NCBI GenBank assembly: GCA_000934665.2
Contig: JYFJ02001210.1
Coordinates: 62,001 to 92,301 of the forward strand
Length of the DNA: 30,301 nt
Direction: 5' to 3'
DNA from: Catajapyx aquilonaris
Taxonomy: Eukaryota
The translations under genes and the position numbers were made by a program. Under the pieces are notes generated by a model that had not been told where the DNA came from, made no database searches, and saw nothing but the letters and a program-made list of their open reading frames with translations. How positions within the stretch are numbered: the first letter of the stretch is position 1; each line of letters starts with the position of its first letter. Shown here piece by piece: positions 11,542 through 22,200 of the stretch.

Positions 11542-14500
11542 ATGAGGAAGATTCCCGGGTCTCTGCTGCTTACACTCTGCTTGGGTGAGTCTGTCATATG
11601 GTTGGATCTCTCTCTGGTCTTATGGCCGCATTTCTTTTCTATTTTGGGCAGCCACGGTGTTGGGACAGGACGATGACAAGCACTACAAGGGAAAGCTGAT
11701 CGGAAAGTTCAACTCGTACCATCACCAGGTCAATGGTGAGGTGTACGCTGTCAATGAGACTACTTTCCTGATCAAGGATTTCATATACGATGGAAACGGA
11801 AAGGACACGTTCTTCTGGGCCGGATCCACCAATCAGCCTGGAATTCAGGGGTTCCTGGTGCCAGACAGATATGGCAGGTGGGTTTTTGGAGGATGTGTCA
11901 TCCAGGGGTGTGGCGATCAAACCTCGACTTTTTTTTTTTTTTTTCGTTGGCAGGACCAACATCCTGCATCGTTACCTGAATGACGAATTCACCCTGAGTT
12001 TACCCGATGGCAAGAAAATGAGTGATCTCAGGTGGTTGGCAGTTTATGATGTGGCTCTCCAGGTAAGTCAAGTTATTGACATTCTTATTGATCGAAATAT
12101 ATTTGGCATATATAAATAATAATTTATTACAGTAATTCATTTAAAAACTCGTGTGGGCCAGTGGGAAAACCTATACAGTTACTATATTTTCAACGCACGA
12201 GTTGCATGCCATTCACATTAATGTTATAAAATTACTTGGTTTCATTTTTTAAAGAGTTATTGATGTCTTTGCGATATGTTAATTCTCCAAGGAAAAGAAA
12301 TGGGAAAAGCAATGTGCAGCAGATACAGTATTCATTGCAGGTATTTCTTAGTGATGTAAATAATAATGGCTAAGAAAATCTTTTTCGATGGATTTTTATT
12401 GAAAAAAGTGGATATCTGACTGTTATGTTATTACTGCATAAAGCAACATTCTCACATTTGTATCAATGATTACACGAGGGGGAGAATTTCAACCAATATT
12501 TAGACCTACCGCAATGCAATTAGGCTTTTCATTTAATGTATCATATGTATATTCACAAATGTCAGGTACAGAGTACAGTACATCAAAAATAATCACCAAA
12601 TGTATTATGATTCAGGCTGCATTTGGTGATGTGCCCATTCCCGAAGGCTTTGAAGCACCTGCAACACAGCAACTTTCTGAGTTGTCAAGACGGTCCCATG
12701 GAGTCAGTTCTGACAATGTGCTCATTGTGGATGTAAAAACTATCAGGATTCCTAACTTCTTTTATGATGGTCTTGGAAATGGTAACAATGTGCACTGCAT
12801 ATTTATCAAAAGAAAACTCTTCCATGTTTATATCTTTCAGACACTTACTTTTGGGTTGGAAGTACTGGAACTCCAACCACGTCAGGTTATAAAGTACCTG
12901 ATGAAAATGGATAGTAAGTTTTTACACTTTAAATGTCATAAGTCAGGAGTGAGCTATTAATATTATTGACGTACTCTTTTACCTAGCCTGGACCCAATCC
13001 GAGCTTATGATGGTGAGGATATAATCCTGGAACTTCCTGGGGATGTCTCAATATTTAACATCAGGTGGTTCAGCATTTATAATCTAGACACCAAAGAAAA
13101 CTTTGGATCTGTGATAATTCCTGACAACCTCAACGTAGCTCCATCGCTAGTGAAAAACATTGTAAGTTGCCATGTAATTCAACACACACTGATCAAATCA
13201 TCACTTTCTATTTCCCCCTTTAGCCTATTAAAAACACTTATCCAAACTGCGAACAACTGCATAGAAAATTGCAAGTCAGCTGGGAAATATTTGGACCGGC
13301 AATAACTATTGAATTGTCTGGCCAAATCAGTAAGTATGTCACTTGAAGAATGTTAAACAAAATTGTATTGATTCATCTTTCAGATGATGATGAATACATT
13401 TCATTTGGACTGAGTGGCTCAGACTCCAGGTCTACAATGGACGGAGCTGATGTAGCTGTGGTATACTGGAAAGATTTCAGCAGCTACGCAGTTGATTACA
13501 ATATAACTGGAAGGGCACCAGTAAGTACCAGAAGCATTATGCCATTTTATCATGCCTGCTTATGTAAACCGCTTTGTCCACAGTGCAATAATATTCTGGA
13601 GAAGTATCGTGGAGTCTGCAGAGACTTACTTGTTGGTGGACTTGATGACAACCAAGTCCACACTGGTTACAGACAGGATGGAGTGAGCACCATCACTTAC
13701 AGGAGATCACTCATATCTGGTAAGATCATCAGTGGTTGCAAATCTTTTGACACCTATTGCAGTCAACGAAAGTATAATCAGTATATAATTATATTAGCAA
13801 GGCCTTAAATGCTCCATAACATTACAATAACTTCATGCAATTTCTGTAATGCATGATAGTGCAAACTGCAAACTTACTCAGAGTAATGCATTTGGATGTC
13901 ACATATGGGACATTTGATGCTTTTGGTTTCATTTTCATCCTTTGATGTGATTTTGTGAGATCACATGCCTCATGCTCATGAGAATAATGAGGTTTCTAAT
14001 TGTATAGGAATGTGTCAGTCCTTTCCCTTAAAAATTGCAATGCCATATTATTCACTATGGTACATTTTAAACAACTTGAACTCACATGGAAGTTTTATGG
14101 TAAAAGCATGATTCTTTCCCTCAGCATAAAAATATCCCTGTTAATAGATGTGCTGTCTGTTTTGCAATTAATGGGTATGTTACACTTGTTATTTAGCGGA
14201 CAGTGGTGACAAAGAGTTTCCTAAGCAAGGCATATCCTATGTGGTTTGGGCTATTGGCCGCTTAAATGAAAAGTCTGAGCCACTTTTCCACCGCTATTAT
14301 CCCAAAAAAGATGTAAAGATTGAATTTGGGCGCAAGGGACAGATCAACTGTGTCTCCTTCACTAATAGCCCACCAGAAGCAATGTAAGTCAACATGCCGC
14401 AAAGCATCACTTCAGTCCTGATCAATGACTTTCAAAGTTATTAAACCAACCTCAATTTGTAGCGAACCATGGGGTCCATTTTCAATATTTGACCCGAAAC

Positions 14501-15277
14501 TCCGCATTATCTCAGCGAGGCTGGGACCTTCTGGAGGAAAGAAAGGCTACGAAGGTATCACAGGAATGCCAACAACAGGAACTTCGTGGTATATAAATGG
14601 CTTTCTAACTCCTGTGATCTACCTGCAACGGGGCCTCACCTATGCTTTCAAAGTGGAAGGTGGGAACAACCCCCACAGTGTGGAATATTATCATCCTTTC
14701 ATCATCACCACTGAGCCACATGGAGGATATGAAACCATATCCAACCTGGGAAAAGATGTCAGGGTACTAGCTGGAGTGGAGTACACAAGAAGAGGTCAGC
14801 CGAAGCCAACAACAGGTGATGAAACATGCCAGTTTCCGTAGTATCATGGTTGGCACCTACAGTGAAACTAAAACAATTTACTATAATTTTCCATAATAAG
14901 CGGGCCGACTTTGCCTGTGGAAACACACGAAGGCTGACAGACGACTGGATGACAACTTCGTCACCTTTCAAAAGTACCGCAACTCACTGACACTGGCGTG
15001 TCAGGAAGGTAAGTTTATTCATCAGCCTCACACAGACAATTCATAACTGACCACATTGTTTGGCCTTGCAGGTGAAGAAGCAACGTTGGAAGTGACACCC
15101 AACAACTCATGGCCTGACATTGTGTATTACCACAGCTACACCCAGGCCAACATGGGTTGGAAGATGCATGTGGTGGACAGTTTTACCAGAACTGTGCAAG
15201 TGTCTGATGCCCAATGGACTAAAAGTGCATTCATATTGGTCACATGTACCCTCATCATTCCAAGACTGATCCTCTGA
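11542..15277 (+). CDS. knk: Knickkopf-like protein (signal peptide, 2x DM13, DOMON, C-terminal domain, GPI-like tail), about 674 aa. Exons: 11542-11584, 11652-11877, 11954-12062, 12616-12781, 12841-12913, 12987-13161, 13224-13329, 13384-13520, 13584-13719, 14197-14383, 14463-14815, 14901-15008, 15072-15277
   Basis: 13 GT-AG exons total 2025 nt, in frame. Signal peptide MRKIPGSLLLTLCLATVLG. Motifs YKGKLIGKFNSYHHQVNGEVYAVN...YDGNGKDTFFWAG, PNCEQLHRKLQVSWEIFGP, GGNNPHSVEYYHP, DRRLDDNF and NMGWKMHVVDS match recalled Drosophila Knk. The C-terminus is hydrophobic. Confidence 0.9.
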
Positions 15278-15719
15278 AAAACACAAGCAGCCACAAATGC
15301 AACCCAAGTTCCTTCTCTAAATATAATGAAACAATGTAGAGATATCTCCAGCAGAAATCAAAAGTAAATCCTTCACACATCAGCCACAGCCATTATACCT
15401 GTTTCCTTGGTATCTGATATGACCCTCAATATGCAAGACATTTAGTAGGCCCGCTAACTCTATAGAAGTCAAAAGTTGCACAGTACGTCTTACCACCACT
15501 CAAAACAAGTAAGGAGATCCTAAGGGTCATCCTAAAGCTGAGACAAGTCTTTTGGCTGAAGCATCCAACAGTAATGGGCTGATCTTGATTATGAAAAGGA
15601 GTCAAAGCAACATAGCGTGTCCGGAGACTTCCTAATGCACCTGCTGGTCTAACCTGTAAGCATGGCATGGATATGTTCCTGGCACACAGGAAGCAATATA
15701 CACGACATTTAGTAATGTT

Positions 15720-15725
15720 TTTATT
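15720..15725 (-). terminator. Candidate polyadenylation signal (AATAAA on -) for translin
   Basis: TTTATT on + about 490 nt beyond the translin stop codon. Confidence 0.4.
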
Positions 15726-16211
15726 ACAAGTTTTACCTTCCTACAAAATACAAAATGTGCACAGCCTTTGTTGAATACTAGCAACCACTTGCTGAATAAC
15801 GCAGTGACTAATAGTTCCAAATTGTACTTGCATGATAATTCCTTTTTTCAGTAACAATGCATGATTAAGTGTGTTTCTCAGTCGAAAACAAAGGCTGTCC
15901 ATAAAGCATGCCACACTGGTGAGGGGTAGAGGTGATGTCAGTGAAGACCAACATGTGTTGGGTTAGGGAATAGTTCAGCGAAGCATTCAAAAGTTGCATG
16001 ATACCTCCATGGACCCTCTCATCAAATTCTCCAATTACTCGATTCTTGTAACAACAAAAAGGTACAGAGGAGGGGTCTGGGCCAATAGCCAAAAATCAGC
16101 AAGACACACTTTATGGACAACCAACTCAAAAAAAATGAACAAAAAAGAACAAAAAGAAAACCTCTCTCACTGTCAGTGCATGCCAGAGGTTTTTGAGCTC
16201 AGTCCGTGCCA

Positions 16212-19200
16212 TTATGCTGGATCTCCCGGTAGTTCCTTCTCAGTTTCACCCTCATCAACAGGCAACTCTTTCTCAGTGGAAGCCAGTCCCTCACCACTGC
16301 CACTCTCCACTTCCTTCTCAATCTCCGCTTCCTTCTCAATCTCCACCTCACCATGTTTCAGTCCTCGAATAGCCAGGTCATACACAACGTCTTCCACCTT
16401 CTTCAAGTCATACTTCAGACCATCATATCGCCTGCGCAAGTGGTCATTCTTCAGATTCAGGAGGTGAAATCCTGAATTCAGTTCCTTCATAAACTTAAGG
16501 ATCTGGAGGGGACGATCATAATCTCCAGCAGTAACGCTGTTTACTGCAAAGCGAGACTGGAAAAAAAACACCAACATAAAAACTGGCCAAACACACAGAG
16601 AATGTCACATAGTATTACCAGCTCTGATGTCATATGAAGCAAGCCACTCAGGTAGTCTTCCAAATCAAGATGAAAGACACCTCTTTCAACGGCCACTACA
16701 GAAGCAAAGAAAAATTACCAATCTCATGTCATAAAGATTATTAATCCAAAATGTCACACACACTCTTGGCGGATAAGGGAAAAACAGAATGAACCGCCTC
16801 ACCTCCCAAAAGGTCACAAACTTGTTCACGAGTAGCCAAAGTGTCAGTCTCCAGGTAGATCGTCAACGCCGCTAAGAAGACCAACCTTTGGGTGGCAGCT
16901 CGCCAATGATCATGGAACCGATAAAACTGGTCAGCAGGAACCTTCAGCTTCAGAGCACCATAGAGTTCCCGAACCTTCTCAAAGTACTGATAGGCCTGCT
17001 CACATATGATGGCCACTGAAAAAAAAAATAACGGCAACTGTAAAATGCATCACACATGAAGAATGCTCCCACACTGTCACCTATCTACAGGAAATAATCC
17101 ATAATTGCATGCTGGGTAGTACACACTGTTCAAGAGGAAGGTAGGGGAAAACCACGCTTTGTTCAACCCAGCAACCAGTTTAATAAAAAGCAACCAGGCC
17201 GCGCATAAAATATCGATATCAATCCCGATACATCGATAAATCCGCCATGTTGGATTTCCCACGTGGTCAATCGAAACCTATTCATTCGATCACTCTGGGC
17301 TTATCCGGCGTCCTTTTTGGTGCTGCCTGCGATTAATATTAACCGCACATCAAGTGAGCAACCTGTAAGGCTTGTGTATATTATTATTCCTCTTCACACT
17401 GACAATGCTATTTTTGTGCAGAATGGCGACTTGCAAGGATTCGCCAGAAAACGTCACTCTCTGCTACCTCTACAAATTATCAGATGAGGATAACGGACTG
17501 CCACTTATTAAGAAGCTGATGGAATGGGGCTTGCTAGCACAGGAAGGTACTAAGAAATGCCCCCGCAATCACACGATGTGCATCAGAGCAAGCAGCACCA
17601 TCCTTGACAAGTACAAATGGTCATGCAGCGCAAAACGGTCAAAAAAGAATACCAGACTTTGCAATTACAGGTGGGAAGCAAACGATGCAGAGCCAGCGCA
17701 ATACTAATCAGACGTATTTCTTCCACAGTTGCTCCATCAGGAAAAACACCTTCACCTCCCGCTCGCATCTAACTCTATTTCAAATAGCAGCATTTGTACA
17801 TATGTGGATCAATCATCTGTCCCAGTCGTACATTGAGAATGAACTGTGCCTTTCGAGGACAACCTGCATTGATTATTCCTATTGCTGTGGTGAAATAGTT
17901 TACAACTATCTAATTAATCAGTCCACGAAAGTAGGAGGGGAAGGAACTATCGTAGAAATATACGGCTCCAAATTCAGCAAGAGGACAAGCGACGAACAAG
18001 ATATCATCACTGAGAATTGGGTTTTCGGTGGCATTCAACGGGGAACAGGAGAATTCTTCTTCTTCACAGAGGAAGACAAAGACATAGGCACTCTGGACAA
18101 CCTGATCGAAAGCTGGATACTCCCTGGAACAACAATAATGTCAGAGTGCTGGACTGTAAGTATCACATGCGTGACTTTGACTGGATTGCACCACTGCACA
18201 GAGATTGACTAACCCAGGATTTATGTTGGTGATTCATTGCTGGCTCCAAAATAAGAGTGAATGACAAGGACAAACCCATGACTGTCAATTTCCCTGACGA
18301 GGTGCAACCCAGATTTTATAGTTTGCAGGCTACTGGAAACTTGCCTTTTCAAATTCTGAAACTGGAAATTTCAGTTTCCATACTCTGTGACTGAGTATAG
18401 ATTTCTCACCCACTAAAAGCTCCTAGATACTTGAAGCCATTATTATTTATTGAACCGAATGGTTCTGACTTCACAAGCCATTAATTGTTAGTTTCATTAT
18501 TGAGAGTCATTGTTGCCCATTGTAATGTGAATACGATTCACTGGTTGTAAAGCAATAATAGCTTGTGCTTATCACTGATTGTCAAAATTAAACGACGAGC
18601 ACTGGCTGACCTGCTACTTTGCCATCCCAATGAAATAAGCCTTATCTGCAAAATTGGTAATGACGCATGTCTGACTGGGAGTGAGCAATTAAGTTTTGAA
18701 ATTCCCAGTTTCAGTTCCAGGTTTCATAGTGGTATGCAAACAAAGTTAATGACATGCTGGCATGATCAGAAGTCATGAGAAATATTATTTACAGGAATAC
18801 AAAAATGAAGCACAGAAATGTTATGACCATTTCCTTGCAAAACACTTCGTCAAAATTGTGAGTCCAGACTTGGGGATGGAGAAAACTCTGTTACTTCGAA
18901 AGTACAAAAGGCCAGAATTACTTGGTAGCAATTTGGCAAGATACATCTTCCAGAAGAAATGCAAAGCACACCAGCTGACTCCAACCATTGAATTCTTCAA
19001 ATGTGCAGGAACCTTCTACAATCCCTTACTACCCTTGGAAGAAGAGAGGCATGAACGCAGTCAACAGGAAACAAAAGAAGAACAAAACTCTTACGAAGAC
19101 TTCACCACTGAAGATGAACTACCCTTGGAAGAAGAGAGAGCTGAAAGCAGTCTGCAGGAAATGAAAGAAGAACAAAACTCTTATGAAGACTTCACCACTG

Positions 19201-22200
19201 AAGATGAATTGGAAGCTTCGTAATAAATGCACATTCACTAGAAACTATAGTGTCATTTACATATTTGCTACCTAAATCTGCCTAACTCAAGGTATGTTCC
19301 CAAGCTCAGGAAAATGATAAATAATTTTTGAGGGAACTGAGACTTCTTGCCGAGAGTGAGAAGTCAACCTAAAAATGACGTTTGAGAATTGCCTCTCGCT
19401 CTTGCTCACGCTTTTGCTATGACTAATTCTCATGAGCTTGGGAACACATCTTACCCCAAGGGAATGGTGTCTCGTGTAATCATATACGAGGGCTGTTCAA
19501 AAAGAAACCGAACTTTTTCTATCGCTCAATTTGCAACATTTTAAGCACTGTCCCCTTCAAAGTAGTTCCCTCTACTGGCGATAGACAGTTTTAAATTTTT
19601 TCTTCCATTGTTGGAATGCTTCCTGGAACGCACTTTCTATGATGGCGCACAGTCGCATTGTCCTGAATCGCTTTATGGTTCGGAAATGATGTCATTTCAA
19701 ATTTGTTTTAAGTTTTGAATATAGCAAAAAGTCCGGTGAGGCTAAGTCCGGAGAATAGGGTAGATTGGCACAACAGATGTCTGATGTTTTGCCAGATAAC
19801 TGATGACGAGGAGCGATGTGTAAGCCAGCACATTGCCATGGCGCAATATCCAAGTCTGGCTTTCCCACAATGTAGGCATTTCCTGGGCACAGCAGCCCTC
19901 TAACATTATGGTACAACACTGTTTGTCTAGCTGTCAATCTGACAACATGGTCCGAATTCATCAAGTAAAATGCCTTTCCAATCCAAAAAGACAACCAACA
20001 TCACCTTGACCTTTGACCATCTGTGCCTCATTTGGTCGAGGAGACCCTTCCCAAGTATAGTTGGTAAAGCAATTGAAATGTCGCTGTAAAATATTTACCA
20101 ATTTACTAGCGAAATTTCACGTCAACACGTTGTTTTTCGAGCTCTCTCATTTTCACTTTCTCACTAATTCAGCTTGTCCAAGTGCGCACTTAAGTGGATG
20201 TATCTCGATGATCAATGGTCATAGTGGAATGTGGCGAATGGCAATTTGTTGTCAAGACATGTCGCTAGGTGCTGTCAGTAGCCTCAATACACTCTTTGTG
20301 CCGGTTGACGCCCTATTTAAAAAGTTCGGTTTCTTTTTGAATGGCCCTCGTACACTTCAACAAGAAGTAGCCAACTCCTTGGCCTAATCTAACTTAGAAA
20401 CATGGGCAAGCAGTCAAAGGTAGCCTGCAGATATCCAGGTCCTGGAACATGACTTCCGTGTAAAATGGGGAGGCATGGTGGCCGAGTCAGTGACGAATCG
20501 GCTCGCTTAGTGGAAGGTCCCAGGTTCGATCCCCGCCTGGGAGTTCCCTTTCGCTTGAGCCAGGAGGGTCTCTAACCCGCGCCATGGAGGCATCTGGCAA
20601 CCTAACCTCCAGTGAGACTGCACATGACCCCTTTTCTGATATTGCACTTGCACCTGTATCTCCTCCTCAAAAATCCCTATCCCTACCTCATGTCATTTCT
20701 TCCCTGCAAGGTGATTGAAGAAAAATATTGCAGAAAATTGGAGGAAAAAATGGTGGTATTCCTTATGAGGGCCAATTTTTGCAAACTTATTTATCTAGAC
20801 TCTCGACTTTCTATAGAGCAACATGCTAATACTAGTAACATATTCTTTGAGTAATTTCATAGATTACTGCAGTAGCTACTTCCATGGATAAATAACATAG
20901 GTACCGATGACTCACGAGTAAGGAACAGATTTTTAGGTTCTAAAAAGTCCTCCAATAGGTAGGCATTTAGGCCCTGAAAATAGTCAAAATAGGCTCTTAA
21001 TAGGAGGTAAAAATCAAGCCGCAGGTCCTAATTTATTTTCATTTCTACACACTTTTACAGCCTACTCTTGACCATGTAATTTTGCAGCACAGTAACAAAC
21101 TAGCAGTTGTTCCATATTTTCGTTGGTTAATAGCAGTTATTCGGCGATGCCTGTCTGACAATACACTTCTACACGCTGAAAATGACCTTTTGACGTCACA
21201 CAAAGTAACTGGATCATACTTGAAAAGTGAAATGTCTTCTATAGCCAGTTCATCTGGCATGCCTGCAGCTGCTTCGCCCTTCACCGGTTGAAGTGGGAGA
21301 GATTCTTTGAACGAAAAACCCACAGAACTCTCGGAAATATTACAAAACAGCATCAAAAAGGTGAAAATAGGTGCAAAATAGGCGCTAATAGGCCATTTAG
21401 GTCCCGATGCCCAAAATCGGCAACTTTTGGTTCTGTAAAACTACGATTTTGAGGTCCTTGTGTTATGAAACAGTCCGATATTTTGGTTCCGGTGCTCTGC
21501 CTACAAAATAAAAAAGTAGGTAAAAACCTAGAAAGCCGTTCTCTACTCATGAGAAATAAACTGCAACTAATGTACAGTTTACTTATATGTCAACGCACAT
21601 TCCCCTGCCAACACTTCATATGTGATTTCCCAATAAGCAGAATCCTTCTACAAAATGGGCCCCTTCATTACCTAACTTTCTAAGTGCCACTTATTAAGAT
21701 CACGACAGCCAAATAAATTTATGCCATGTATTGTAAATACTATGAACACTTGCAATGCATACCGAAGCCGGTTGGTGTGGTGGTTAAGGAGCCCGGCTGC
21801 TAATCGGGAGGTCCTGGGTTCGAATCCCGGGGCCGGCGACCCTGACCGTGGTTTTCTGTGGTTTCCCACGGTCCCCCCAGCGGCCCCAGGACAATATTCT
21901 AGGGTCGTTTCCGTAACAATAGGCCACAGCCACTTCCTTCCATCCGTATCCTAGGCACTAGGCCCCACCTGTGTTTAGTAAGTCAAATTGAAGAAAACTG
22001 ACGGTGGTATGCCACTCCGCCCTATCACGGGGTTTTTAAAAAAATTGCACTGGCAATGCATAACTTTGAACACCACTGTTTCTGACTTGATGGCTGGTAT
22101 GTTCATTATGGCCACCTGCTCAAGTCATCCACCAAACCCAACATGATGCCCTCGGTTGCAGGGCGCATACCAATCTCATTATACTTTACTACTCTTTAAA

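Noticed and set aside
10990..11676. Several overlapping 65-155 aa ORFs upstream of knk
   Set aside because: Low-complexity frames over a CT-rich promoter/5' UTR region, with no recognisable domains
15994..16467. 157-aa Ser-rich ORF on +
   Set aside because: Antisense shadow of the Glu-rich translin last exon
17040..19480. Search for Merlin TIRs and 8-9 bp TSD around the transposase-derived gene
   Set aside because: No convincing pair found by eye, so it is not called an intact transposon
21767..21838. tRNA-like cloverleaf with a GCT (Ser) anticodon loop
   Set aside because: It lacks the long variable arm of tRNA-Ser and has a poor D-arm. It continues into a SINE body with a TSD, so it is a SINE head rather than a tRNA gene.
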